Source of the DNA: an uncultured Anaerolineae bacterium
GTDB lineage: Bacteria; Chloroflexota; Anaerolineae; VGOG01
DNA: 64,000 nt
Direction: 5' to 3'
Assembly (NCBI GenBank): GCA_964390805.1
Contig: CAYMKL010000022.1
Location: 5,128-69,127 of the forward strand
Both the position numbers and the translations under genes were made by a program. The notes below the pieces were generated by a model. It saw only the letters and a list, made by a program, of their open reading frames with translations, was not told the origin of the DNA and searched no databases. Of the stretch, positions 53,749-63,067 are shown one piece after another (within the stretch, counting starts at the first letter, position 1; each line of letters starts with the position of its first letter).

Positions 53749-54858
53749 CTATTCCCCCTCACAAAGCTCCAATCCATCCCAGGCCGGCTCGGAATCGGGG
53801 TTTAGCTCCAGCGCCTTCTCTAACCAGGGAATGGCCTTGTCACACTCGCCCAGGTAAACATACGAGAGGCCAAGCTCATAGTAGTACTCCTCGGACTGGA
53901 TTCCCAGCTCGATGGCCCGCTCGAAATTGGGGATGGCGTCTTCGTAGTTTCGCTTCACGTAGTAGATAATGGCCAGGTGGGCGTAAACACTGGCGTACTC
54001 AGGATCAACCTCGATAGCCCTCTCCAGCTCAATTATGGCTAACTCGTAATCCCCCAGGTGATAGTGGGTCCACCCCAGTTGGTCATAGCCCTCAGGACTG
54101 TTGGGGTCAACTTCAGTGGCCTTTTGGAACTGGTCAATGGCCAAATCGTAATCGTCTAACACGCGGTAATTGCGGCCCAGGCCGATGTAGAGATAGCTCA
54201 GCTGAGGCTGAAGGGACACCGCGATTTCGTATTCGGCGATGGCCCCTTCGTAATCCCCTTGTTTCTCCAGGACGTAACCCAGGTTGCGATGGGCATCAAC
54301 GCTGCCATCATCAAGCCAGACGGCTTCCTCAGCAGTTTCCAGGGCCCTCTCCCAGCGCCCCGCGTCCACATAGGCCTCGGCCAGATAGGCGTGGGCCTCA
54401 GCCGAATTGGGGTCGAGATCAACAGCTCGCAGGCAAGCGGTGATGGCCTCTTCGATCTGGCCGTCCCAGTCTAAGGCCATGCCCAGGATGGCATAACTCT
54501 CCGCGCTCCCCGGGTCGAGCTCGACAGCTCGCTGGGCCAGGTTCACAGCCTCGCTGGTGCGGCCACGCAGCGTCAACAGCTTAGCCAACCGCACATAGGC
54601 TGTGGCATCCTCAGGCTCGAGTTCCGTCGCCCTCCGATAGGCTTCAATGGCCTCGTTCAGCTTTCCCTCTCGGAAAAAAGCCTGGCCTTCCACCAGATAC
54701 GATTGAGCGGTCCTGGTGGGGACTGGAGTAGGTTTGAAGGGGCGCACCCAATCGGGCTGCTGAGTGATGACGTACAGGCCCGCTGAGATCAGTATCATCA
54801 GGATGAGCACGCGCAGGGGGGAAGAACTTCTCCGTTTCTTTCTCGGTTTGATGTACAT
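53749..54858 (-). CDS. TPR-repeat protein with N-terminal membrane anchor
   Basis: 369 aa. A TM helix (ILMILISAGLYVI) is followed by about 9 TPR units (A..Y..A.ELDP...A). Confidence 0.8.
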   Translation of the reverse strand: MYIKPRKKRRSSSPLRVLILMILISAGLYVITQQPDWVRPFKPTPVPTRTAQSYLVEGQAFFREGKLNEAIEAYRRATELEPEDATAYVRLAKLLTLRGRTSEAVNLAQRAVELDPGSAESYAILGMALDWDGQIEEAITACLRAVDLDPNSAEAHAYLAEAYVDAGRWERALETAEEAVWLDDGSVDAHRNLGYVLEKQGDYEGAIAEYEIAVSLQPQLSYLYIGLGRNYRVLDDYDLAIDQFQKATEVDPNSPEGYDQLGWTHYHLGDYELAIIELERAIEVDPEYASVYAHLAIIYYVKRNYEDAIPNFERAIELGIQSEEYYYELGLSYVYLGECDKAIPWLEKALELNPDSEPAWDGLELCEGE

Positions 54859-54890
54859 CTCAACTTCCTTGCTGGATATTGGGTGTTGAC

Positions 54891-56915
54891 TTACAGCTCC
54901 ACCAGGTTCACTTTGCCTAGCATCTGGAAGTATGCAACCAGGAGCTCCACGTCGCGCTGGCCAGTTTCTAGCTCTATCAAGTCGGCGATTTCCAGCAGAC
55001 TGCGCTTCCCATTAGTCCAATACACGGCCAGGGTGGGCAGGGTAAAGAATCCCTTCTTGTGTTCTTTGCGCATTTGCCACACCAGTTCCCGCTCCTCCTC
55101 GCTCAGTTGGTACAGATAGGGGCGCAAAGGGACGGGGCCGCGATATAGCCGCCTGGGCACGATCTTCGCTGCCCTCCCCTCCCATTCGTCCAGCTCCCGC
55201 TTTGATGCCTCCGACAACTCGGCCCGATCGCGCTCTCCCGCGCAGACCCCAATGGCCTCCTCGCCTCTGGCTGACTCCCTGCTAGCGAATTCGGCTGCTT
55301 CCTTTTGCCACCCCCCAACAGCGATCACGGGGCTCAGTCGCTTCAGCGAGGCCAGGGCTTGCTGCTCCCGCTCGACCAGGTAAGCAGTTTTTTGGCGCAG
55401 GAAGGCGATGGTCTCCCCCAGCTTATCAGTCCCCTCTTTCTCCAGGCCAAGGTGGGTTGCTTCAGTGACCTTCTCCTGAACGAACCGCACCATGTCTCGT
55501 TTGAAACGGGCCGCCATCTCGTAGCCCAACCAGGTGGCCTCGTCCTGGCCGGCGTCGGCCAGGAAGCAGGCGTAGGTCGCAGCCAGGCTCCCCACGCGGC
55601 TCAGCATGGCTGGGTCAACCTTGTCTGGGGTATCTTGCGAAGTGTGGTAGAACTTGTCGGGCCACTGGATGATCATTGGGGTCGGCACCCCCACCGAGGG
55701 GTCGGAGAGAATGTAATGGTCGCTACCGCCGGAGAAAGGGATCACAGCATGGCGGAAGAGAGCATATTCTCTCGTACCCCCCAGGGCTGCGGTCTCGCCC
55801 AACAACTCCTCCCGCAGGCGCTCCAAGAGATAAGGAGCAAACGAGGGCATAGCCTGGGGCGGGCGCTCGATCAGGAAAGAGCTTCCGCACAACTCCTGGT
55901 TTTGGCCCACCATGTCCAGGTTGAGACCGGCCACCATGCGCTCAATCTCATCCTCACGGGTAGCCAGGTAGGCGTAGGTGCCCGTCATCTCAGGCACCCA
56001 CAGAAACCTTATGCCTCGCCTGGGCGGGGCCAACTTTCCCGCGTCAACGAGCTTTTGCAGGGTGCGAGCGATCTCCAGGGCCGCGGCCGATCCTGAGGCG
56101 TTGTCGTTGGCCGAGGGGCGGGGATGGCAGAGATGGGCCACGATCACCACCTCTTCACTTGTTTTCCCCGGCATCAGAGCGGAGACCACCTCGATCTCCC
56201 CATCGTAGAGGCGGCTGATCACTTTGGCCCGAACCTTGACTGGCGGCTCTCCATCCTGAGCCTGCTTCTTAATCAATTGGCGCAGCCTCTCACCCTCCCG
56301 CGGCGAGAGGACGAAGCCAAAGCACTTCTTCTCCTGGTCTGTCCACCAAAATGAGGTGTACTGGAGGGCGTCGGGCACGTCCATGCGGGCGCGGACGGGC
56401 GGTGTCTCCCTCATGCCATCGAAGACGATGCCCACAGCGCCGCGTTTCTCCACGGCCAACTCGCGCACCCGGTTGAGATCGCCTTTGGTAAGCACTACCT
56501 TGCCCTTCAGGCTCAGCCCCTCATAGTCCGCTTCCTCTTCGCCATCCTCCAGCAGAACCACCTCTGCCTCCCCCTCGAAGGGCACACTGCGCTGGACAAG
56601 GGAGATAGGGCAGTCGCGGAAATCGGCCAGCTTGCGCCGCTCGTCCTCTGGCTCAACGAGGTGCAGGGTGGCCTCCGTAGCCTCCCACTCCTGGAACATC
56701 CGCGCCGACCAGTACTGCGTCTTCTCATCCGCTGGGAAGGAAAGTACCTCGGCCTGGATGCCCGCCTCGCGCAGGCGCTCCAGGCAATAGTGCGCCGCCT
56801 GGCGGAAACCAGGGCTGGCCTGCATGCGGTGATAGCGGGCGATGTCTATCACGTAGCCCATGGCCGCCTGCCCCGAGAACTCTTCACGTATGACTTTGAA
56901 AGCCTCCTTGAACAT
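54891..56915 (-). CDS. M28-like aminopeptidase-fold protein (DUF4910/DUF2172 type)
   Basis: 674 aa from the ATG at 56915 (SD GGGAGGA). It contains VIVAHLCHPRPSANDNASGSAAALEIAR and a C-terminal winged-helix-like tail. Confidence 0.65.
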   Translation of the reverse strand: MFKEAFKVIREEFSGQAAMGYVIDIARYHRMQASPGFRQAAHYCLERLREAGIQAEVLSFPADEKTQYWSARMFQEWEATEATLHLVEPEDERRKLADFRDCPISLVQRSVPFEGEAEVVLLEDGEEEADYEGLSLKGKVVLTKGDLNRVRELAVEKRGAVGIVFDGMRETPPVRARMDVPDALQYTSFWWTDQEKKCFGFVLSPREGERLRQLIKKQAQDGEPPVKVRAKVISRLYDGEIEVVSALMPGKTSEEVVIVAHLCHPRPSANDNASGSAAALEIARTLQKLVDAGKLAPPRRGIRFLWVPEMTGTYAYLATREDEIERMVAGLNLDMVGQNQELCGSSFLIERPPQAMPSFAPYLLERLREELLGETAALGGTREYALFRHAVIPFSGGSDHYILSDPSVGVPTPMIIQWPDKFYHTSQDTPDKVDPAMLSRVGSLAATYACFLADAGQDEATWLGYEMAARFKRDMVRFVQEKVTEATHLGLEKEGTDKLGETIAFLRQKTAYLVEREQQALASLKRLSPVIAVGGWQKEAAEFASRESARGEEAIGVCAGERDRAELSEASKRELDEWEGRAAKIVPRRLYRGPVPLRPYLYQLSEEERELVWQMRKEHKKGFFTLPTLAVYWTNGKRSLLEIADLIELETGQRDVELLVAYFQMLGKVNLVEL

Positions 56916-56987
56916 GATCGTCCTCCCTAACATTTTACGTTTCACGCCCATATAATATCACCATACTGAACACAAGTCAAGGCCGAC

Positions 56988-57016
56988 TGGACAAGATAGC
57001 CAAAAAAGATTATAAT
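56988..57016 (+). promoter_or_regulatory. Promoter-like TGGACA-17-TATAAT upstream of the TPR/TolB-like gene
   Basis: tggaca agatagccaaaaaagat tataat. AGGAGGAGG lies at 57031-57039. Confidence 0.5.
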
Positions 57017-57100
57017 TCACCCATTCACAGAGGAGGAGGTATCGCCACGCAGACAACATCTCGCCTGACAGCCCCAACCTGGCTTAAGGGCTTAGCCCTG

Positions 57101-58774
57101 GTGGTCATTCTCTTGCTCGTGGTCATCCTGGTTATCGGGGCGCTGGGAGTCTACCACGGGTTGCAAGAGCGCGACCGTCTGACCCACGAGACAGCGGAGG
57201 AACATTACGCTGCTGGCCTGGCTCACCTGGAGAACAGCCAATACGAACTCGCTGTAGCCGAGCTGGAACTGACCCTGCGCCTGGTGCCAGGTTACCGAGA
57301 GGCCGAGGAGAAGTTGAGCGAAGCTAAAGCCAGGCTCGAAGTCCAGGCCACGCCAACGTTTGAGGTTCAGAAAAAGGTGGCGGCGGACTTATTCAGCCAG
57401 GCCCAAACCTTCTATGATGAGGGCAAGTGGGACGATGTAGTCCTGACGCTGGAGCGGTTGCGGGCCCTGGACCCCGACTACGAGCCAGAAGCTGTGGAAG
57501 AGTTGCTCTTCGCGACCTATTATGACCAGGGCTTGGAATTGATCAACGAGGGGCGACTAGAGGAGGCCCTGCGCTATCTGGACAAGGCTCTGGAGCTAAA
57601 GCCAGCCCAGGAAGATGTTCTCGAACAAAGGAAACTGGCCGCGCTCTACCTGACCGCTATAAGCTATTGGGGCGCCGACTGGGATAAGGCTATCACCAAC
57701 TTCTATGAATTATATAGCCTCGAACCCGATTACATGGACGTGAAGCAGCGACTCCACGAAGCCTACATGAGAAAAGGAGACCTATACGCCGATCAAAGCG
57801 AGTGGTGTTCGGCAGAGGACCAATACTCACTGGCGCTCGAAATCCAGCCCGATGAAGCTGGGGAAGGGAAAAGAGTTGAAGCCAACCGGCTTTGTTCGGG
57901 AGCAGCACCTACTCCGGCCATCGCCAGTACCGTTTCCCCCACCATTGTCCCCGAATATGCCGCCGGCTTACCGCTGGGCAAAATCGCCCTACCCGTCTAC
58001 GATGCAGAAAGGCAGGTCTACGACATCTTCGTCGTGTACGCAGAGGACATGCACTGGGCGAGGGTAGCCAGCCTGGCCGACCAGCCAGTCTTTCGCCCCG
58101 ACGGGAGACGAATAGCCTTTCGCTCGCGACAGAGTCAAAAGCCCGGCCTCTATGCTGTGGATATAGACGGAAACAACGAAGCAATCGTCACGACCTCCGA
58201 TGAGGCTGGCTTGCCCACCTGGTCGCCTGATGGGGAGCGCATCGCCTTCGTCATCTATAACATGGTACAGAATACATGGCGGATTTATCTCACCCCTGCT
58301 GATGGGGAGGAAGAGGCCATGGAGTTAGTCTCTGGCTGGGCGCCGGCCTGGGGGCCAACAGGTCAATTGGCCTACACAGGCTGCAACGAGGGTGGCGGAC
58401 ACTGTGGTATCCGCTTTACCACCGATGACAACCTATCCAGTCCCATCTTGATTACCGCTGACCCCCGCGACATCGGGCTGGCCTGGTCCCCCGACGGGAC
58501 GCAAATCGCCTACATGTCCGATCACGACGGCAACTGGGAGATCTATACAGTTGGGGTGCCCTTTCCAGACGTCAGGCGGCTGACCATCAACGAGGCCAAC
58601 GATGGCCTGCCCACCTGGTCTCCCGACGGGCAACACATCGCCTTCGTCTCCGACCGTGACGGGGTGTGGGCCCTTTACCTCATGAAACCCGACGGCAGCC
58701 AACAAACCAAAATCCTCGACCTCGGCCCTGAACTCCCAGACTGGCTGGATCAGAGCATCTCGTGGGTGAGGTAA
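57101..58774 (+). CDS. Membrane-anchored TPR plus TolB-like (PD40 beta-propeller) protein
   Basis: 557-aa ORF (GTG at 57101) with a TM helix, TPR units and PD40 repeats (WSPDGERIAF, WSPDGTQIAYMSD, WSPDGQHIAFVSD). The true start may be upstream and non-canonical (see findings). Confidence 0.8.
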   Translation: MVILLLVVILVIGALGVYHGLQERDRLTHETAEEHYAAGLAHLENSQYELAVAELELTLRLVPGYREAEEKLSEAKARLEVQATPTFEVQKKVAADLFSQAQTFYDEGKWDDVVLTLERLRALDPDYEPEAVEELLFATYYDQGLELINEGRLEEALRYLDKALELKPAQEDVLEQRKLAALYLTAISYWGADWDKAITNFYELYSLEPDYMDVKQRLHEAYMRKGDLYADQSEWCSAEDQYSLALEIQPDEAGEGKRVEANRLCSGAAPTPAIASTVSPTIVPEYAAGLPLGKIALPVYDAERQVYDIFVVYAEDMHWARVASLADQPVFRPDGRRIAFRSRQSQKPGLYAVDIDGNNEAIVTTSDEAGLPTWSPDGERIAFVIYNMVQNTWRIYLTPADGEEEAMELVSGWAPAWGPTGQLAYTGCNEGGGHCGIRFTTDDNLSSPILITADPRDIGLAWSPDGTQIAYMSDHDGNWEIYTVGVPFPDVRRLTINEANDGLPTWSPDGQHIAFVSDRDGVWALYLMKPDGSQQTKILDLGPELPDWLDQSISWVR

Positions 58775-58786
58775 GGAGCAAAGATC

Positions 58787-59038
58787 ATGACTCAAGAGAC
58801 CGTGAAACTATGGATTCCCTTTGAGGCATTGGTTGATTCTGTGAGAGAGCTAAGCCTGAAGGATAAGCGCCGGCTTTGGGAACTGCTTGATGAGCAAATG
58901 GCCCAAGCTGAGGAAGAAATGTGGGAGCGAGGCCAGGCTGTTCAAGCTGAGATCCAGGAAGCCCGCGTCGCTTACCAGGCAGGAGACTATGTGACCATTG
59001 ATGAGTATATAGCTCAGCGGCATGAGAAAGCCCGATGA
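58787..59038 (+). CDS. Antitoxin-like protein of the RelE/ParE module
   Basis: 83 aa. It overlaps the toxin gene start by 4 nt (ATGA). It is acidic and helical. Confidence 0.6.
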   Translation: MTQETVKLWIPFEALVDSVRELSLKDKRRLWELLDEQMAQAEEEMWERGQAVQAEIQEARVAYQAGDYVTIDEYIAQRHEKAR

Positions 59039-59292
59039 GTTACCAGGTCATCGTTCCCAAACCTGTGCAAAAGCAGTTGGACAGCTTGCCCGACATCGTC
59101 CGTGAGCGGGTTCTCAGGCGGATTGTAGCGTTGAAAGAAAACCCACGTCCCCCTGGCTGTGTCAAGTTGAAAGGCTACGAGAATGAGTATCGCATCCGAA
59201 TTGGCAACTACCGGGTGCGGTACGAAGTCCGTGATGAGAAGTCCATCGTCCTACTACTTCATTGCAAGCATCGGAAAGATGTGTACCGCTGA
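59035..59292 (+). CDS. relE: RelE/ParE-family type II toxin
   Basis: 85 aa containing ...ENPRPPGCVKLKGYENEYRIRIGNYRVRYEVRDEKSIVLLLHCKHRKDVY. Confidence 0.85.
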   Translation: MSYQVIVPKPVQKQLDSLPDIVRERVLRRIVALKENPRPPGCVKLKGYENEYRIRIGNYRVRYEVRDEKSIVLLLHCKHRKDVYR

Positions 59293-59346
59293 TCCCCGCA
59301 ATATCGGCCTCGCATGGTCCCCAGATGAGACGCAGGTCGCCTATTG
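59285..59346 (+). pseudogene. Orphan PD40-repeat fragment (copy of 58446-58510)
   Basis: taccgctgatccccgcaatatcggcctcgcatggtccccagatgagacgcaggtcgcctattga against taccgctgacccccgcgacatcgggctggcctggtcccccgacgggacgcaaatcgcctacatg, about 80% identity. It encodes ADPRNIGLAWSPDETQVAY*. The relE stop lies inside it. Confidence 0.5.
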
Positions 59347-59358
59347 AGGAAATGAGTA

Positions 59359-59394
59359 ACGAGTCAACGGGGCACTCATTTCTCGTTGACTCGT
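59359..59394. terminator. Hairpin between the convergent relE and VWA genes
   Basis: ACGAGTCAACG-N14-CGTTGACTCGT (11-bp stem). Confidence 0.45.
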
Positions 59395-59406
59395 CACCTC
59401 ATTCTC

Positions 59407-60894
59407 TCAATGGACTTCCAGCACTGGGACCGACGGCGTTGGCTGCACTGTGCGTCCACGATAGGGACGCGAAGTCCCTTCCGGTGTTGGCTGGGGCACC
59501 CGCCCACCTTCGTAGCGGATCTGCTCCGCCAGGACGCTTTGGTAACGCTGCATCAGCTCGGCATCCTTGACCATCGCCTCGTCGCCCGTGAGACGCGCCA
59601 CCTCGCGCAGCGCCTGCTCCAGGTCGTAGGCCAGGCCCCAGGCATCCTCGTAGCGGCGCGCCTGGTACAACTGATCAATCTCCTCCAGCCCCTCGGCCGT
59701 GCGCTGGATGGCGAAGTTGCGCAGCACCTCCAGGTCCCACAAGGGGTCATAGTCCGCCCCGGTGCCGGTGCGCGCCGTGACCTCCTGTGTCACTTGCTCA
59801 AGTCGCTGGGCAAAGATATCGAAATAATCCAGCGTCACCGTAGCCATCACGCGCTCCCCTCCTCGTCCCGGACTCACCTGCAACTGGGCCAGCAGCACCT
59901 GGCCATCGCCAGTGCCCAACTCCTGCATGGTGATCTGCACGGGGCCGGCAGGCGGCCGCCCCTCGTAGCCAGTGAGACCGAGCATCTCCACGCCCTCTCC
60001 AGGGTACACCGTCACCGCCACCTCGCGGGCCACTTTTTCCATCAATCCCGCCACCTCGCGGCGGAAAACCTTGTCCATCTCCTCCGCAGAGTCTACGAAG
60101 TGATAGGCTCCCTTGCCCTGCCGCGCCAACTGGCTCAGCAACTGGTCGTTGAAATCCAGCCCCAGGCCAATGGTGGAGAGGTAGATGCCACGCTGGTTGT
60201 AAGCCAGCGCCTCGCCAGCGATCTGGTCTGAGTCTGTGACCCCTCGGTTGGCGATGCCATCGGTCAGCAGGATGACGCGGTTGTTGCGGCGGATGTCGAA
60301 GTTCTTGTCCACCTCCTGGAAGCCTAGCATCAGGCCGGCGTGCAGGTTGGTGGAACCCCGTGGGTACAGCCCCTCAACGGCCCGGTCGATCCAGCGACGG
60401 TCGCCAACGCGCTGCGCCGGCAATACCGCCTCGGTCTGGTCGTCGTAGCCGATCACGGCCACGATGTCGTTGGGGTCGAGGCTGCGGAAGAAGACGCGCA
60501 GCGATTGCTGCAGATAGGGCCACTTGTCCGGCGCGTCCATCGAGCCGCTGCGGTCAATGACCAGCGCCAGGTTCAGCGGTGTGACCTGTTCGTCCTCCGC
60601 CTCTCGCGCCTGCACGCCGATCTGCAGCCAGACCTCACCGCCCGCGGTGGGGATTTGCTCGTTGCCCAACCGCAGGTCGAGTCCCAGCGCCGTCTCCGTC
60701 GGTGCCGGGAAATGCTGCTCGTAGTAATTGAGATACTCGGCGACCCGTACCTCCTCCGCTGGCACGATGACCCCCTGGTTGATCAGGGCCCGGCTGCGTG
60801 CTTTGCTGGCGTCCTGCGGCGCTGCGCACGCTCCTGTCAACAAGGCAACTCCCAACATCAGAGCCAGCAATAGAGACTTCCTTCTGTTCAACAT
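59407..60894 (-). CDS. von Willebrand factor type A domain lipoprotein (YfbK-like)
   Basis: 495 aa from the ATG at 60894 (SD GGAGGAAGG). It has the lipobox LLTGACA and the MIDAS motif VIDRSGSM...TNL...LLTDG. The upstream 204 codons of the track ORF are rejected. Confidence 0.85.
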   Translation of the reverse strand: MLNRRKSLLLALMLGVALLTGACAAPQDASKARSRALINQGVIVPAEEVRVAEYLNYYEQHFPAPTETALGLDLRLGNEQIPTAGGEVWLQIGVQAREAEDEQVTPLNLALVIDRSGSMDAPDKWPYLQQSLRVFFRSLDPNDIVAVIGYDDQTEAVLPAQRVGDRRWIDRAVEGLYPRGSTNLHAGLMLGFQEVDKNFDIRRNNRVILLTDGIANRGVTDSDQIAGEALAYNQRGIYLSTIGLGLDFNDQLLSQLARQGKGAYHFVDSAEEMDKVFRREVAGLMEKVAREVAVTVYPGEGVEMLGLTGYEGRPPAGPVQITMQELGTGDGQVLLAQLQVSPGRGGERVMATVTLDYFDIFAQRLEQVTQEVTARTGTGADYDPLWDLEVLRNFAIQRTAEGLEEIDQLYQARRYEDAWGLAYDLEQALREVARLTGDEAMVKDAELMQRYQSVLAEQIRYEGGRVPQPTPEGTSRPYRGRTVQPTPSVPVLEVH

Positions 60895-61057
60895 GATCCT
60901 TCCTCCTTTTTTGTTTTTTGGGGGAGCTCTTCTGCTCCCTGTTTGATCCGGCTTTGCAGCCGGCCTCCTTTGTGCTACAATAGTAACCCATCCGCTGTTG
61001 CATTTCAAGAGCCAATTGTGTACCATTGACAGTGACACGGTGTGACAGGAGCTGCAC

Positions 61058-62569
61058 ATGGAGTCATTCGCACAACTTCTCGTGCGATACATGCGCCGCG
61101 TCGGCATCACCGATGCCGAACTGGCCCGCGCCATCGGCGTGCGCCGCCAGACCATCTTTCGCTGGAAAGAGGGGCTAACCGCGCGCCCCCGCCACCGCGA
61201 GGATGTGCTGCGTTGCGCCGACAAGCTGCGACTGATGCCCCAGGAACGAGACGAATTCCTCCTGGCAGCAGGCTTCGCCCCTGAGGAGCCGGTATCGCCT
61301 CTGCCCGCCATTATGGAAGCAGAAGCGCCCGCTTCGAAGCCCCGCCGTCCGCACTGGGGATTGCCTATTGCCGCAGCCGTCCTGATCATCGTGGCCGCGC
61401 TTATCGGATGGGCACTGGCGAGAAAGGCCAGCGAGCGACGCCAACTCGCTCCAGTCGTCCCCGCCGGTCCCGGCGAAACATTGGTGCTCGTCAGTCGCTT
61501 CGCCAACTACTCTGAGCGCGTGGGCTACAACGTGGCTGGCCGCATCCGCGAGGCATTGCAGGAGGAATTCGAGGGGGAGGCCCTGGCCGACAGCCGCGTG
61601 GCCATCTGGGCGCAGCCGCTGACGGGCCGGGACGAGGCAGTGCAGATGGGGCAAGAGTACGGAGCGACGGTGGTGATCTGGGGGGAATACGACAGCGGGC
61701 GGGTGCTGACCAACTTCACATTGCCGTCCGAGCAGGAAGCGATGCGCACCGTGCGCCAGGTGACCACGCCAGCAGACCTGACCGCGGCCATCAACACCGA
61801 ACTGCCAACCACGGCGCGTTGGGTCGCGCTGATCAGTGTGGGACAGGTGCACTACGCCGCTGGTCGCTACCAGCAGGCGTTGGCCGCCTTCGAGCGAGCG
61901 CTGAGCTATCCGCCCGGAGATGAGAGTGCACTGGCCAGCGCCTACTTTGCGCTGGGTTACATCTACGGCCTGCAAGGGGATCCAGATCAGGCCATAGCCT
62001 ACTACGCACGCGCCATCGAACAAAATCCTTCCCTGGTTTCAGCCTACAACAACCGTGGAGTGGCCTATCTGGAGCAAGGAGGGAAAAACAACCTGCAGCG
62101 AGCCATCAGTGACTTCGGTCAGGCCATCGAGCTCGTTCCAGCGTTGGCTGCCCCGTACCTCAATCGCGGTCTGGCCTACTTTGCGCTGGGGGAAGCTTAT
62201 GGTCAACAATCGCTGGCGGACTTGCAGCAGGCACAGGCCCTGCAACCCGATGCTCCTGGGCCGAACAACGCCCTCTGCTGGGAGCTGAGCCTACTCGGCC
62301 AACCCGAAGATGCGCTGCCCTACTGCGAGAATGCTGTAGCAACTGACTCTACAGCGCTCAGCCGCGACAGCCGTGGCTTGACCTACGCGCTGCTAGGCCG
62401 TACCGAAGAAGCCATCAGCGACTTTGAGGCTTTCCTGGCCTGGCTGGACGCGCAGCCTGAGGATGCTCAGGCACGCTATGATACTAGCCGTCGAGCATGG
62501 ATCGAGGCATTGCGAGGGGGGCGTAACCCGTTTAGTGAGGAGACCCTGCGAGCTCTTCGGGCCGAATAG
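61058..62569 (+). CDS. HTH (XRE-like) - TM - TPR regulator-like protein
   Basis: 503 aa. The N-terminal HTH is ITDAELARAIGVRRQTIFRWKEG, the TM helix is IAAAVLIIVAALIGWAL, and TPR repeats fill the C-terminus. It is divergent from the VWA gene. Confidence 0.8.
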   Translation: MESFAQLLVRYMRRVGITDAELARAIGVRRQTIFRWKEGLTARPRHREDVLRCADKLRLMPQERDEFLLAAGFAPEEPVSPLPAIMEAEAPASKPRRPHWGLPIAAAVLIIVAALIGWALARKASERRQLAPVVPAGPGETLVLVSRFANYSERVGYNVAGRIREALQEEFEGEALADSRVAIWAQPLTGRDEAVQMGQEYGATVVIWGEYDSGRVLTNFTLPSEQEAMRTVRQVTTPADLTAAINTELPTTARWVALISVGQVHYAAGRYQQALAAFERALSYPPGDESALASAYFALGYIYGLQGDPDQAIAYYARAIEQNPSLVSAYNNRGVAYLEQGGKNNLQRAISDFGQAIELVPALAAPYLNRGLAYFALGEAYGQQSLADLQQAQALQPDAPGPNNALCWELSLLGQPEDALPYCENAVATDSTALSRDSRGLTYALLGRTEEAISDFEAFLAWLDAQPEDAQARYDTSRRAWIEALRGGRNPFSEETLRALRAE

Positions 62570-62574
62570 TGAGC

Positions 62575-62603
62575 TTGACGTTTTCGGGCAAATAGTCTAT
62601 ACT
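62575..62603 (+). promoter_or_regulatory. Promoter-like TTGACG-17-TATACT for the tRNA cluster
   Basis: ttgacg ttttcgggcaaatagtc tatact, 9 nt before tRNA-Pro. Confidence 0.55.
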
Positions 62604-62612
62604 ATTAGCAGA

Positions 62613-62686
62613 CGGGGCGTAGCGCAGATGGCCAGCGCGCAGCGTTTGGGACGCTGAGGTCGGCGGTTCAAGTCCGCCCGCCCCGA
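62613..62686 (+). tRNA. tRNA-Pro (anticodon UGG)
   Basis: Cloverleaf CGGGGCG-TA-GCGC..GCGC-G-CAGCG-TTTGGGA-CGCTG-AGGTC-GGCGG-TTCAAGT-CCGCC-CGCCCCG-A, 74 nt. Confidence 0.9.
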
Positions 62687-62695
62687 CCTGGTTGG

Positions 62696-62768
62696 CAGAT
62701 AGCGGATGGCGCATAGCAGATAGCCAATTGCAGATAGCATTATTAGCCATCAGCTATCGGCCATCAGC
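62696..62768. repeat. Short reiterated motifs in the tRNA spacer (3 x CAGATAGC, 2 x GCCATCAGC)
   Basis: gCAGATAGCggatggcgcatagCAGATAGCcaattgCAGATAGCattattaGCCATCAGCtatcgGCCATCAGC. It is related to the GGATAG/GGATAA family. Confidence 0.6.
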
Positions 62769-62774
62769 CAACAC

Positions 62775-62846
62775 GCGGGAGTAGCTCAGTGGTAGAGCTC
62801 CTGCCTTCCAAGCAGGCTGTCGCGAGTTCAAGTCTCGTCTCCCGCT
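62775..62846 (+). tRNA. tRNA-Gly (anticodon UCC)
   Basis: GCGGGAG-TA-GCTC-AGTGGTA-GAGC-T-CCTGC-CTTCCAA-GCAGG-CTGTC-GCGAG-TTCAAGT-CTCGT-CTCCCGC-T, 72 nt. Confidence 0.9.
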
Positions 62847-62851
62847 CTGTT

Positions 62852-62923
62852 GGGCCCATAGCTCAATGGCAGAGCAACCGGCTCATAACCGGTCGGTTCT
62901 TGGTTCGAGTCCAAGTGGGCCCA
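62852..62923 (+). tRNA. tRNA with CAU anticodon (elongator Met, or Ile2 if lysidinylated)
   Basis: GGGCCCA-TA-GCTC-AATGGCA-GAGC-A-ACCGG-CTCATAA-CCGGT-CGGTT-CTTGG-TTCGAGT-CCAAG-TGGGCCC-A. The 1:72 pair is G-C and there are no three G-C pairs in the anticodon stem, so it is not an initiator. Confidence 0.85.
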
Positions 62924-63021
62924 CTGATACTACAACGGCTTCAAAACAAAACGAATCGGGTGTAAAGGTGCGCTTCTGGCGGTGCCAAGCCAAAGCAGCC
63001 AACCCCAACTCTCAACTCCGA

Positions 63022-63067
63022 CGCCAGCCGAGGTTGCACTCTTGCGTGCCCTGAGGCTGGCGTTTTT
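63022..63067 (+). terminator. Stem-loop CGCCAGCC-N25-GGCTGGCG followed by TTTTTG
   Basis: It lies about 100 nt downstream of the tRNA cluster. The loop is large, so confidence is moderate. Confidence 0.45.

Noticed and set aside
60895-61506. Upstream 204 codons of the VWA ORF
   Set aside because: The sequence is Arg/Ser/Ala-rich and antisense to the HTH-TPR gene. The lipoprotein signal plus a GGAGGAAGG SD define the start at 60894.
62852-62923. CAU-anticodon tRNA as initiator tRNA-fMet
   Set aside because: It has a paired G1-C72 and lacks the three consecutive G-C pairs in the anticodon stem.
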